Shown here: positions 9,365-18,830 of the stretch, one piece after another
Numbering within the stretch: position 1 is the stretch's first letter
Layout: each line of letters begins with the position of its first letter
Sequence record: MT939241.1
Strand: one strand, 5' to 3'
Origin: Enterococcus phage 9183
DNA length: 64,000 nt
The notes under the pieces: model-generated
Databases searched by the model: none
Told to the model about the DNA's origin: nothing
Seen by the model: only the letters and a program-made list of their open reading frames with translations
Translations under genes and position numbers: made by a program

Positions 9365-9378
9365 TAGGAGGAATTTGA

Positions 9379-10026
9379 ATGAAATTTAAAGAAAAAGATT
9401 TAGTGAGAGTGGATTTAGGTGGAGAAATTAAGCGCGTAGGTAGAATTGATGAATTTGATCCTGAAGATCAGCATTTTCCTTTTGCAATTGATTTTCCTAA
9501 ACGATTAGATGAAGATAATTATTCAAAAGATTGTGGTTGGTACAGTGAATGGGACATTGAAGAAATTAAAAATGAATTGAATGTTTATCTTGCAGGCCCT
9601 TTCTTCTCTGAAAAACAAGTTGAAATCGTTAAAGAATTACGTAAAGCCTTAGAAGAAAATGATACTATTGGCGAAGTTTTTGTTCCTATGGAGCATCAAA
9701 TGAACGATGGTGAATTAGAAGAATTTACTGCTCCTTGGGCACGTGAAGTTGCGAAAAATGATTACATTCATGTTCGTGAAGCTGATATTGTTGTCGCAAT
9801 CGTTGATTTTGATGGTGAAGATATGGATTCAGGAACAGCAGTTGAAATTGGATATGCATATGCATTAGGCAAACCCGTATTTCTATATCACCGAAACGAT
9901 CATAACATTATGGTGAATTTAATGGCGACTGAAGTTGCTCAAGCATATTTCACAGATGCACAACAGGTTAAAGAATATGATTTTAAAGAAATGAAACATA
10001 TTCCTTTTACTGGAAATTATCGTTAA
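9379..10026 (+). CDS. Nucleoside 2-deoxyribosyltransferase family protein (NDT / dNMP N-glycosidase fold) with ~65-aa N-terminal extension
   Basis: VYLAGPFF motif and catalytic-Glu motif GTAVEIGYAYALGKPV, matching the Lactobacillus NDT family. Confidence 0.65.
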   Translation: MKFKEKDLVRVDLGGEIKRVGRIDEFDPEDQHFPFAIDFPKRLDEDNYSKDCGWYSEWDIEEIKNELNVYLAGPFFSEKQVEIVKELRKALEENDTIGEVFVPMEHQMNDGELEEFTAPWAREVAKNDYIHVREADIVVAIVDFDGEDMDSGTAVEIGYAYALGKPVFLYHRNDHNIMVNLMATEVAQAYFTDAQQVKEYDFKEMKHIPFTGNYR

Positions 10027-10029
10027 TGT

Positions 10030-10055
10030 TAGGAGTCTTTTGACTCCTTTCTTTT
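10030..10055 (+). terminator. Intrinsic terminator (aggagtc/gactcct stem plus T-run)
   Basis: read directly. Confidence 0.6.
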
Positions 10056-10074
10056 AAAATAAATCATAATATCG

Positions 10075-10103
10075 TTTACACTAAGATGTGTACTTGATAT
10101 AAT
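10075..10103 (+). promoter_or_regulatory. Consensus phage promoter
   Basis: TTTACA, 17-nt spacer, TGATATAAT. Confidence 0.65.
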
Positions 10104-10142
10104 ATTAAAGTAAAAATTTATAAACGGAAGGAAATTCCAAAT

Positions 10143-10991
10143 ATGAGAGAAAAGGAGACTGGACCATTGATCACAATTGAAGCTCCAATTGGAGCAGGTA
10201 AGTCAACTCTTACCAAACTGTTATCAGATATCCTAGGTTCAACACCCGTCTACGAACCAATCGCAGACAATGAATTGCTTGACAAATTTTATGAAAGTAA
10301 GGAAAAATATGGATTCGTATTTCAAATTAGTATGATCTCCAAACGATTTGACCTTATCAAAAAAGGATTAGTACAACGCAATTCGGTGTTAGATCGATCA
10401 ATTTATGGAGATCGTGTATTCGTTGATCTTTTAGTAAAACGAGGAGAAATTGATCCAATTTCTGCTAAAGTTTATTATGATCTTTTAGATACAATGCTTG
10501 AAGAATTGGAATACATTCCTTCAAAAACACCTGACTTAATGGTGTACATTCATTTGCCACTAGAATTAGAATTAGAACGAATTGAAAAACGTGGGCGCGA
10601 TTTTGAGCAGCTTGACGCCGATCCAGGTTTGCTTGAATATTATACACAACACAATGAAATGTATAATGATTGGTTCATGAAATTTGACAAGTGTCCTAAA
10701 TTGGTGATTGATGCAACGAAATACGATTTCGCCAATAATGAAGAAGATGCTAAAGAAGTTCTAGCTTTAATTCTAGCGAAGCTCGTTGAGGTAGGAGCTT
10801 TATCATTTAAAGAATGCGTAATTGCTTTTTGTAAATTAAACGGAGGAAATCCGAAAGAAACAGCAATTAATGCATATAACGCAGTTCAAACACAAATGAA
10901 TGGTAATTTACCTTACCATGAATTATCGTCAATCTTTGACAATAAATTATTCACAATTGAAGAATTACAAAATTACATTGATCAAAAATAG
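10143..10991 (+). CDS. Deoxynucleoside kinase (dAK/dGK/dCK family)
   Basis: P-loop IEAPIGAGKST; DRS-type motif VLDRSIYGDRVF; lid arginine motif RIEKRGRDFE. Confidence 0.75.
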   Translation: MREKETGPLITIEAPIGAGKSTLTKLLSDILGSTPVYEPIADNELLDKFYESKEKYGFVFQISMISKRFDLIKKGLVQRNSVLDRSIYGDRVFVDLLVKRGEIDPISAKVYYDLLDTMLEELEYIPSKTPDLMVYIHLPLELELERIEKRGRDFEQLDADPGLLEYYTQHNEMYNDWFMKFDKCPKLVIDATKYDFANNEEDAKEVLALILAKLVEVGALSFKECVIAFCKLNGGNPKETAINAYNAVQTQMNGNLPYHELSSIFDNKLFTIEELQNYIDQK

Positions 10992-11014
10992 AAAGAAAGA
11001 AGGAATTTATTTAT

Positions 11015-11779
11015 ATGGAAGCTACAGGACTTAAAGGAATTACTCGTAAAGAGATCTTAGGAAATATTAAAGAATTATTCACCGTTTCTTATTACAAAGA
11101 AGGCTTATCGAATTGGATGCCAATTACTAAGGTAGCAGCTTTAATTGGTTTTGCAATTATCATTGGAACAGGCCTACCACATGGTTTCGCTATTACGAAT
11201 ATCATTTCGATCATTTCAGGCTTAATTGGTTACACGTGTGTTTTAGCTATCACAAATGGCAAACGAATTAATGGTTTACTTGGTTTCATTTCTGCAATTG
11301 GTATCGGAGGAATGGCAATTCATGCTGGAAACCCAGCTGATGCAGTGATGCAGCTTGCTTATCTTCTTGCTCTTGACATTCCTGTGATTGTCTTTGGTCA
11401 CCGTTGGACAAATGCAAAAATCAAGACGTTTGATAAAGGCGCATTAAAGATCATTTTAATCGTAGGCGTGATCGGTTTTGCGGCAATGTACTCAATGGAT
11501 GCATTCTGGCTACACACTCCGCGTCCTATCTTAGACGCTTTCGGAGCCACGATTGGTTTCATTGGATCTGCATTAATGCTAGGTAAATATTCTACACAAT
11601 ATTTCTTCTGGAATTTCCAAGGAATTATGAGTATTGCTCTATGGGGTATGACAGCAATGCAAGGCGACGCCAACTGGGTGTTATTCGCAACTTATATGAT
11701 GTACTTGATGAACTCAATGATCGGTGCATTCCATTCTCCTTGGTCTGAAGCACGTAAACAAAAACATTTAGAAAAATAA
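11015..11779 (+). CDS. pnuC: PnuC-family membrane transporter (nicotinamide riboside / deoxynucleoside-type)
   Basis: ~7 predicted TM helices; 254 aa; W-N-...-W block; sits in an operon with deoxynucleoside kinase and NDT. Confidence 0.5.
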   Translation: MEATGLKGITRKEILGNIKELFTVSYYKEGLSNWMPITKVAALIGFAIIIGTGLPHGFAITNIISIISGLIGYTCVLAITNGKRINGLLGFISAIGIGGMAIHAGNPADAVMQLAYLLALDIPVIVFGHRWTNAKIKTFDKGALKIILIVGVIGFAAMYSMDAFWLHTPRPILDAFGATIGFIGSALMLGKYSTQYFFWNFQGIMSIALWGMTAMQGDANWVLFATYMMYLMNSMIGAFHSPWSEARKQKHLEK

Positions 11780-11792
11780 AAAGATAAAATGA

Positions 11793-11815
11793 ACTCCACT
11801 TCGGTGGAGTTTTTA
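11793..11815 (+). terminator. Hairpin with UUCG loop (actccac-ttcg-gtggagt) plus TTTT
   Basis: read directly. Confidence 0.5.
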
Positions 11816-11831
11816 ATGAAAGGAAAGAGAC

Positions 11832-12071
11832 ATGAAAGTTATCATATATTCAAGGAATAAATGTATGCAATGTAAAATGATGAAAAACTACTTCACTGGA
11901 TTAAAAATACCTTTTCAAGAGGTAAATGTAGACGAGGATGAGGTAGGCATGAACGAATTAAAAATGTTAGGATTTCAATCAGTGCCTGTGACACATATAG
12001 TAAATGAAGAAGGTCACCATTGGATCAAAGGTTTTGCACCACATAAAGTTTCTAAATTATTGAAATTTTGA
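11832..12071 (+). CDS. nrdH: NrdH-like glutaredoxin (CxxC redoxin)
   Basis: N-terminal CMQC motif in an ~80-aa thioredoxin fold; C-terminal motif HxWxGF. Confidence 0.6.
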   Translation: MKVIIYSRNKCMQCKMMKNYFTGLKIPFQEVNVDEDEVGMNELKMLGFQSVPVTHIVNEEGHHWIKGFAPHKVSKLLKF

Positions 12072-12073
12072 GG

Positions 12074-12100
12074 CAGTAAGTTTACACTTACTGTCTTTTT
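12074..12100 (+). terminator. Terminator (cagtaag/cttactg stem) whose loop is the TTTACA -35 of the next promoter
   Basis: read directly; T-run tcttttttt. Confidence 0.6.
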
Positions 12101-12109
12101 TGATATAAT
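12081..12109 (+). promoter_or_regulatory. Consensus phage promoter
   Basis: TTTACA, 17-nt spacer, TGATATAAT. Confidence 0.65.
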
Positions 12110-12145
12110 ACTAAGGTAATTGAAGATTAAAAAGGAGAAATTGAT

Positions 12146-13189
12146 ATGGCATATGCTGGAAACTCTTTCTTCTTCGGAGAAATTGATGGAGTAACTTTAA
12201 AAGACTTAGGAAAATTAGATGCGTCCAAAACTTCTCTTGAAGATAGAAAGAAATGTTTGTCTGATCAATTAGACAGCACAAACTATTTCGTTGACTACTT
12301 AAGTCAATTTTATAAAGTAAATATTAATTCCAACGAAGCTCTTAGCGAAGACGTTGATATTTTTAAACGTTTGGAACAAATGGCTACATATTTATTGAAG
12401 TCAGACGAATCCAAGGCGATCGATCAAACAGAAAAGAAAGTTTATGTTTTTCATAATCGTCGTGAACGTTTTTCAAATTATATGAATCGTGAATCAGTTT
12501 CAATGAATCAAAATGGAAAAAGCATTAATATCGTCGATTCGGATAATATTGTTCATGCATTAATGGCGAAGAAGAAAAATAGTCGTAAACCAAAAATTCA
12601 AAAAATATTGCCTCAAGATTTAAAACGTAAAGATATTGTAGGAGAAGTTTTACGAGACTACCAAGTTTTTCTTGATTACATTGAACGAAAGCTGCATGAA
12701 GAACAAGATAAAAATTGGAGAAAATATTCTCGTCAACGCTATCTTGTTCAACAAGATATGATTGATGCAAAAAATATGTTAAGTGGAGTATGGGGTTTTA
12801 ACATTTCAGTTAGTGAAAGCCATGTACCCGACTTAAATATATTTGATTTCACTGATTACGACACTGTTCGCTACTTATTGGATTATCCTTGTCCTAGTGT
12901 AGATTTTGAAGAAGAAATGTGGATAGTTTGGCAAGATTTCATGGAAACTGTCAAGAAAGCAGGATTGACTAAAGAGGAAGCAAAAATCGTTTGTTGTCTC
13001 CAACAAAATTGGAGGATTCAAGAAATTAGTGATGAATTAGGAATTAAATATGCTTCTCTATATCAAACTGTCATTCCAAGGATCGTTAAGAAAATTATGA
13101 AAGTTGGAAACAAATACGATTGCTTTGACCCTAAAGTTGAGGAAAAAGTAAAACGTCGTAAAATTAATGCGGGAAAAATTAAAGAATAG
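12146..13189 (+). CDS. Hypothetical protein with C-terminal sigma-70 region-4-like HTH (putative transcription factor)
   Basis: C-terminus LTKEEAKIVCCLQQNWRIQEISDELGIKYASLYQTVIPRIVKKIMK resembles region 4.2. Confidence 0.35.
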   Translation: MAYAGNSFFFGEIDGVTLKDLGKLDASKTSLEDRKKCLSDQLDSTNYFVDYLSQFYKVNINSNEALSEDVDIFKRLEQMATYLLKSDESKAIDQTEKKVYVFHNRRERFSNYMNRESVSMNQNGKSINIVDSDNIVHALMAKKKNSRKPKIQKILPQDLKRKDIVGEVLRDYQVFLDYIERKLHEEQDKNWRKYSRQRYLVQQDMIDAKNMLSGVWGFNISVSESHVPDLNIFDFTDYDTVRYLLDYPCPSVDFEEEMWIVWQDFMETVKKAGLTKEEAKIVCCLQQNWRIQEISDELGIKYASLYQTVIPRIVKKIMKVGNKYDCFDPKVEEKVKRRKINAGKIKE

Positions 13190-13217
13190 TTTACATTTCA
13201 AATGTCAATGATATAAT
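13190..13217 (+). promoter_or_regulatory. Consensus phage promoter
   Basis: TTTACA, 16-nt spacer, TGATATAAT. Confidence 0.6.
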
Positions 13218-13232
13218 ATGAATATAAAAATT

Positions 13233-13255
13233 TAGCTCTAGTTTTTCTAGAGCTA
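13233..13255. other. Perfect 9-bp-stem hairpin (tagctctag/ctagagcta) in the 5' leader between promoter and CDS
   Basis: read directly; followed by TTTTA. Confidence 0.5.
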
Positions 13256-13277
13256 TTTTAAAGAAAGGAAATTGATT

Positions 13278-14126
13278 ATGGCTTTTAAGTATGAAACCTA
13301 TATCAATAGTAAAGAATGGTTGGAAAAAAGCGAACGATATTTGAAAGAATATCCAATTTGTGAAATTTGTCACAAGCATAAAGCCACGCAAGTACACCAC
13401 ACTAGCTATAAGAATATAGGAAAAGAAAAACGAAGAGATCTTTTAGGTGTTTGTGATCGTTGTCACACTCATTTACATTTACTTCCACCTAAAATCGAAG
13501 ACAAAGTTAGATTAGTAAAAGCTGAAAAATTGATCGAGACTTTCATTCAGTATCCCGCATTAAAAACTTTGGCCTTTAATGAACTAATGGAAAAGTATTA
13601 TCCAGGAGAAAATTACATGATCGATTTAGCTTCAAGAGTTTGTGACGACACAGCTTTCTTTATGCAAAACGTCATGGAAATGTTAGATGCTGACAGTGAA
13701 GAAAAAGGCACAGATTTAATTGAGGAATTATCTCGTATCGTTTACTTGCTTAAAATGAAAGCGGGTAAAAATAAAATGCTTCATGATAAAGAAAAAGCTG
13801 AACGCAAACGTAAGTATGAAAATGGTGATTATGATTACATGTTCACTACGACAACGACAGATAAGGTAAAACAAACTGTTGATGAAGTAATTAAAAACAG
13901 ACGTAAGAATTTTTGCTTAAGCGAACTTGCAAGTCGCCCAATTTTAGGTGAAGCAATGCGATGGGCAAATATAACTTTTTACGAAGGGCAAATGTTCTTT
14001 AAACGTTCAGGTATTGTTACTAGTGCTCAATTTTATCTTGAAGCCGTAAAGAAAGGTTTTGATCAAGATTTATTTGAACATTTAGGAGGTACACTTAACG
14101 ATTTAGTTGGTGATGTTGATGCTTGA
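13278..14126 (+). CDS. HNH endonuclease-domain protein
   Basis: CEICHK...HH...N...CDRCH zinc-finger/HNH motif at the N-terminus. Confidence 0.55.
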   Translation: MAFKYETYINSKEWLEKSERYLKEYPICEICHKHKATQVHHTSYKNIGKEKRRDLLGVCDRCHTHLHLLPPKIEDKVRLVKAEKLIETFIQYPALKTLAFNELMEKYYPGENYMIDLASRVCDDTAFFMQNVMEMLDADSEEKGTDLIEELSRIVYLLKMKAGKNKMLHDKEKAERKRKYENGDYDYMFTTTTTDKVKQTVDEVIKNRRKNFCLSELASRPILGEAMRWANITFYEGQMFFKRSGIVTSAQFYLEAVKKGFDQDLFEHLGGTLNDLVGDVDA

Positions 14127-14712
14127 AATAATTAAAGATTTTTTAAACTGGAGAAAAAGCAATAGGAGTAAAGAAAATGCCATGAATATTTTTAGAGATA
14201 TTCGTGGCACTGAACTCAAAGAATTGCAAGATACATTAGATGGAATTTATCCTGATATTTCAAATGTAATTAATAAGCAACTTGATTCAAAAATAGGATG
14301 TATAAACATTAATGTAAATGTTCCTATATATTCTCCTTTTAAAAAGGAAGAAAAAGATGTTCAATTAATGTTGCCTACTTACCCGCCAGAGAAAAAGATA
14401 GAAAAATTAATCGTTCAAGTATCTCTTGAGACTATTGAATATTATGACAAGAAAGCAAGAGATTTATATCCTTATAACGAAGATCAAAGATTATTATATT
14501 TTATAATGAAAATATTTCGTAAGCCTTTACCACCAGGATATGGCTTTGATATTCATTCTCTTGAGAAGAAAATTTCCGATCAGGTATTAGGTAGTGTTTT
14601 CTTTATGATTAATGTTGTTCCTTATGAGGAACAACAAGTAAGTTTTTATGAGGATGGAAAATTGAGAAGAACTTTCAATAAAGTACCCAAAGGAGTAATT
14701 GTTCACGAATGA
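14110..14712 (+). CDS. Hypothetical protein
   Basis: ORF. Confidence 0.4.
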   Translation: MMLMLEIIKDFLNWRKSNRSKENAMNIFRDIRGTELKELQDTLDGIYPDISNVINKQLDSKIGCININVNVPIYSPFKKEEKDVQLMLPTYPPEKKIEKLIVQVSLETIEYYDKKARDLYPYNEDQRLLYFIMKIFRKPLPPGYGFDIHSLEKKISDQVLGSVFFMINVVPYEEQQVSFYEDGKLRRTFNKVPKGVIVHE

Positions 14713-14725
14713 CAAGGAGGAAATT

Positions 14726-14926
14726 ATGCTAGATAATCAAAAAGGAATTGTTGAGGTAATGAGTGAAACAGGTTTAGAGGCTAAAGAAGCTGCAGAAAAG
14801 ATTAATGCTTCTTTACGTAAATTAGACAACGGAGAAATCGTTGTAGTAAAAAGAAAAAATAAAAAAGTCGTCTCTCGTGAGGAGAGAAAACTTAATAATA
14901 AAATTCGAAAAAAATTACGAAAGTAG
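14726..14926 (+). CDS. Small basic hypothetical protein
   Basis: ORF; AGGAGG 6-7 nt upstream of the ATG. Confidence 0.45.
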   Translation: MLDNQKGIVEVMSETGLEAKEAAEKINASLRKLDNGEIVVVKRKNKKVVSREERKLNNKIRKKLRK

Positions 14927-14955
14927 TTTACAGTGAATTTAGGCAATGATATAAT
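14927..14955 (+). promoter_or_regulatory. Consensus phage promoter
   Basis: TTTACA, 17-nt spacer, TGATATAAT. Confidence 0.65.
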
Positions 14956-14966
14956 ATAAACATAAT

Positions 14967-14984
14967 TAATGATTAATATCATTA
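14967..14984. promoter_or_regulatory. 7-4-7 palindrome TAATGAT-TAAT-ATCATTA at about +5..+23 of the SSB transcript (operator-like)
   Basis: read directly. Confidence 0.4.
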
Positions 14985-15019
14985 TTTAAAAATTAAAAAG
15001 AAGAAAGAGGTATTTATTT

Positions 15020-15982
15020 ATGGCAGCAAATTCATTACGTGAAGCAGATAATAACTTGGAGATCGTAGGAACAGTTAAGAAAATCGATCTTGAAGAAAAA
15101 GTTTCTAAAAAAGGTAAAGACATGATCATTGGATCAATCTTAATGGAAGTTAAAGAAGCTGATAAAGTTCATAACATTAAGGTTAAAGTATTTTCAATGA
15201 AAATGAACAAACAAGGAAATGTTTCTGCTTTATTCAAAGGATATAAAACAGTTAAAGATGAATGGAAACCAGGAGATCGTGCTCGTATCACAGGTTCATT
15301 AACGATTAATGAATATTACACACAAGCTGGTAGCTTAACTTCATTTAACGAACCAAAAGCATTATTCTGCAATCGTTTAGATGAAGATGATCAAACTCCC
15401 GATAAAGCAATTGCAACGATCGAACTTGTCGTTGAAGGAATTACTCCTCAGGTTGACGCTGAAGGTATTCCAACTAACTTCTTAGAAGTTGATGCTTTCA
15501 CTGTAGGATATAATTCACAAGTAATTCCATTGAATAACTTAATTATTAGTGGTGATTTAGGTCAACAGTTCCAAGGAATGTATACTCCAGGATCAACTGG
15601 TAAAATCACTATGAAAATTAATAATTATGCAAAAATTGAAAAACAAGAAGTTCAAGCTGCTCCAACTCATGGCTTTGGAACAACTGAAGCTGTTGAAAGT
15701 AATATCGTTAAAGATTATGAAAGTAATCTTGAAATCATTGGTGGAGATCTTCCATACACTGATGGTGTCAATAATTATTCTCCAGAAGATATTGAACAAG
15801 CACATAAGAATCGTGAATTGACACTTCAAGAATTGCAACAAAATGCTTCAGCTCCAGCACAACCAACAGCTAATGGCTTTGGAACGACAGGGCAAACAAC
15901 AGATCCAATGACAAATGCATTCACTAATGCTCCAAATAATGAAGATCCATTTTCTAATGGTAGTGATACACCAGCATTTTAA
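15020..15982 (+). CDS. ssb: Single-stranded DNA-binding protein
   Basis: N-terminal OB-fold-like region; Gly/Thr/Asn-rich linker; acidic C-terminal tip ...SDTPAF (cf. bacterial SSB DDDIPF tail). Confidence 0.55.
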   Translation: MAANSLREADNNLEIVGTVKKIDLEEKVSKKGKDMIIGSILMEVKEADKVHNIKVKVFSMKMNKQGNVSALFKGYKTVKDEWKPGDRARITGSLTINEYYTQAGSLTSFNEPKALFCNRLDEDDQTPDKAIATIELVVEGITPQVDAEGIPTNFLEVDAFTVGYNSQVIPLNNLIISGDLGQQFQGMYTPGSTGKITMKINNYAKIEKQEVQAAPTHGFGTTEAVESNIVKDYESNLEIIGGDLPYTDGVNNYSPEDIEQAHKNRELTLQELQQNASAPAQPTANGFGTTGQTTDPMTNAFTNAPNNEDPFSNGSDTPAF

Positions 15983-16012
15983 AGACGACACTTCGGTGAT
16001 CACGTCAATCTA

Positions 16013-16040
16013 GGAGAGATGCGTCTCTCCTAGTATTTTA
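16013..16040 (+). terminator. Hairpin ggagaga-tgcg-tctctcc plus a weak T-run
   Basis: read directly. Confidence 0.4.
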
Positions 16041-16055
16041 ATTGGAGGTAGGAAA

Positions 16056-16523
16056 ATGAGTGATGATTTGAAAAAGTTCGTTTCAGATATGAAAATTCAT
16101 TTGATCAAAGAAATTGAAAAAGAAAATGATCCTTTGAAGAAAATCTTAATTGCTGACGAACATATGAAACAAATCAGTGAAATAATTCGTTCTTATGAAA
16201 AAGTATTATTATTCATTGATGGAATTAAAAAAGAAGCTGTTCAAGAAGATCCAAAAGTTCTCGATAAAGTTGCATTTATTAATATGATTTCAATAGGCTT
16301 AAAGGTTAAGCCTGATAAAAATGATGAAAAAATGATCGTTGATTTTGAAAATTCCAAATTCTTTAAAGAGGTATTTCAAGAATTACCTGCAATCGAAAAA
16401 CCTTTATATAAACGAATTGCTAATAAATTCGTTGACGATTTAAATGATAAACTAGAATATAAGATTGAGTCTTATAACTTACAAAGAGATGTAATTAAAG
16501 ATTTAGGATGGGAGATTTTTTAA
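16056..16523 (+). CDS. Hypothetical protein
   Basis: ORF with RBS ggagg. Confidence 0.5.
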   Translation: MSDDLKKFVSDMKIHLIKEIEKENDPLKKILIADEHMKQISEIIRSYEKVLLFIDGIKKEAVQEDPKVLDKVAFINMISIGLKVKPDKNDEKMIVDFENSKFFKEVFQELPAIEKPLYKRIANKFVDDLNDKLEYKIESYNLQRDVIKDLGWEIF

Positions 16524-16524
16524 G

Positions 16525-16941
16525 ATGATGAGTAAAGAAAGTCAAAAAGAGTTGGCAGTACGCCTTTATAACGAAGCTGTAAACAAGGTAGAATATCTTA
16601 AAGTTTTAGAACAAGGAACGGAAAATGCGGATCCTATCTTAGGAAAAGATGATAGCGAAAATCGCACTTTGATGTCAACATTCAATACGCAACAATTAGT
16701 TTCAGCAAAATTTGAAGAAGCTTATCACCAAAAGCATGTAGCTGAAATTATGCTACGAGATATTTATAAGGATGAAATTGTAAAACTTGATCCTAAAGAA
16801 GAGGAATTTATGAGCGAACTAAATGAAATTTGTGAAGATATGATTAATGGTCAGGTTTCAGGTCCCGATTTCACTAAAGGATTTCTTAAAGGAATATTAG
16901 AAATTTCTCCTAAATATTTTCCTGAAAAATTTGGAAAGTAA
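16525..16941 (+). CDS. Hypothetical protein
   Basis: ORF. Confidence 0.5.
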   Translation: MMSKESQKELAVRLYNEAVNKVEYLKVLEQGTENADPILGKDDSENRTLMSTFNTQQLVSAKFEEAYHQKHVAEIMLRDIYKDEIVKLDPKEEEFMSELNEICEDMINGQVSGPDFTKGFLKGILEISPKYFPEKFGK

Positions 16942-16942
16942 G

Positions 16943-16970
16943 TTTACAATATCATTTTAGATGATATAAT
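16943..16970 (+). promoter_or_regulatory. Consensus phage promoter
   Basis: TTTACA, 16-nt spacer, TGATATAAT. Confidence 0.65.
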
Positions 16971-17015
16971 ATATAGGTAACAAATAAATAAAAAGAAAAG
17001 AAGAGGTAATTTATT

Positions 17016-18083
17016 ATGATCGACATTTTCAACGTAGAACCTGTGAAAGTTTCAGTGAATCCAGCTGACTATTCAACATTCATTTATGGAGTACCAAAAA
17101 TTGGTAAAACTACTTTAGCTTATGACTTATATGGAAAACGTGGTTTATTCTTAGCGACCGAAGATCGTCATAAAACTTTAGCTGGAGCAAACGTGATTCG
17201 TTTAACTTCATGGGTTGATTTTCTTACAGTTATGGGACAATTACGTCAGCCTCAAGCAAAAGAATTATATGATGTAATTATCGTTGACACAGTTGAAAAC
17301 TTATATAATATGTTAGAAAAATTTGTTGCTGCTAAACATAAAGAAAGCAAAGTTGGCGAACGTAAAGATATTTGGGGCGCTGACTGGACAGATTTGAAAA
17401 ATATGTGGAAAAATGGTTTGAATATGATCAGTGAAGCAGGATTCGTACCTTGCTTTATCGCACATGCAACTGAACAAATGGTTCAAATTCCAGCTTCAGG
17501 TGTTCTTCAATCTGAATTAGAAGGAGCAACTGTTGAGCTTAAAACAGTAAAAGGTGAAGATGGAAATACTTTAGAAGTATATGAGTTCCAAAAATACATG
17601 CCTGATTTGAAGGATAAAGTTTTTGCACCGATCAATCGTATGGTAGATAATATCTTATTTGCAAATACTACTTTGGATGTTTCAACTGGTCAAGAACAAC
17701 GTGTTCTTTACTTACGTGATACTTTGCAATGGTTGGCAGGATCAACATTTGAAGATATTGACCCAATTGTTCCACTTGACGCAAAAGCATATACAAAAGC
17801 TGTTGAAAAAGCTTTGGGTAAAGTTGATAAAGAACAAACTAAAGAAACTGAAGAACGTCATGCAAAACAAGAATTAGACTTTGATGCTATTAAAGCTGAA
17901 GTACTTGCTTATGGAAAAGCATTTAATGAAGCTAAAAAATTAGATGTTCTTAATAAAATTAGTGCAGATATCTTTGGTATTGGAAATAAAATGACTGATG
18001 CCACTGAAGATCAAGTAGAATTGCTTGCAGCTGCATTGACACAAATTAAGAATAAAGCACAACAATTAGGAATTAAATTATAA
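17016..18083 (+). CDS. AAA_24 / Sak4-like RecA-fold ATPase (recombination or annealing protein)
   Basis: N-terminal IYGVPKIGKTTLA P-loop; architecture typical of phage AAA_24 proteins. Confidence 0.55.
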   Translation: MIDIFNVEPVKVSVNPADYSTFIYGVPKIGKTTLAYDLYGKRGLFLATEDRHKTLAGANVIRLTSWVDFLTVMGQLRQPQAKELYDVIIVDTVENLYNMLEKFVAAKHKESKVGERKDIWGADWTDLKNMWKNGLNMISEAGFVPCFIAHATEQMVQIPASGVLQSELEGATVELKTVKGEDGNTLEVYEFQKYMPDLKDKVFAPINRMVDNILFANTTLDVSTGQEQRVLYLRDTLQWLAGSTFEDIDPIVPLDAKAYTKAVEKALGKVDKEQTKETEERHAKQELDFDAIKAEVLAYGKAFNEAKKLDVLNKISADIFGIGNKMTDATEDQVELLAAALTQIKNKAQQLGIKL

Positions 18084-18093
18084 GAAAATAATA

Positions 18094-18123
18094 AATAGAG
18101 GAATTAATTTTCCTCTATTTTTA
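18094..18123 (+). terminator. Intrinsic terminator (aatagagga/tcctctatt plus T-run)
   Basis: read directly. Confidence 0.65.
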
Positions 18124-18140
18124 TCTTGGAGGTAAAACAC

Positions 18141-18830
18141 ATGAAAGTAGAATTGAATCGAGTACAAGCAAATACTATTCTTAGTGCCTTATATCTTAAA
18201 AAGCAAGGATGCACGCCTAATACACCTTTTTATTATGAATTGGAACACGTGCTAAAAACGTTCGCTGAACAAACAAGAAAGAAACATATTCATTTGGTGG
18301 AAAATTATACGCGATCACAAGATTTATTCATAAGAATGAAAAATAAATGTGAAAGTATAAATGATAGTAAAACTTTACCAAAACAAATAAATAAGCAAAG
18401 TTTTTATGATCAACGTAATAATACTATTCATGTTTTCATCTCAATGAGTGGAGCAACGACAGATGGCCTAGTTGCTGATGAAGTCACTATTGAAACTGAA
18501 ACATTTAACGGAAGAAACACCGAAAAATTATTAGAGGCTATCAATATTAAAAAACAAATTGAAGTAAGAAACAATGCAATGAATGAAAAAGAAGTTGAGT
18601 CCGATAAATGCACTGAAGCTCCTAAAGATATAGCATTGAAAGAAAATCCTGAAACGAATTATGATCGCGCCCTTAAGAAAATTGAAAAAGCAAGTAAAGG
18701 TTTTAGTGGCGGAGAAATTATTCCTCCAAATATGAATGTTCCAAAAATTATGATTAATAATGAACCAATTGAAAAATATATTCGTAAAGAAATCAAAAAA
18801 GTATTAGGAGAAATGTTTAATGAAAAATAA
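18141..18830 (+). CDS. Hypothetical protein
   Basis: ORF; GGAGG 8 nt upstream of the ATG. Confidence 0.5.
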   Translation: MKVELNRVQANTILSALYLKKQGCTPNTPFYYELEHVLKTFAEQTRKKHIHLVENYTRSQDLFIRMKNKCESINDSKTLPKQINKQSFYDQRNNTIHVFISMSGATTDGLVADEVTIETETFNGRNTEKLLEAINIKKQIEVRNNAMNEKEVESDKCTEAPKDIALKENPETNYDRALKKIEKASKGFSGGEIIPPNMNVPKIMINNEPIEKYIRKEIKKVLGEMFNEK

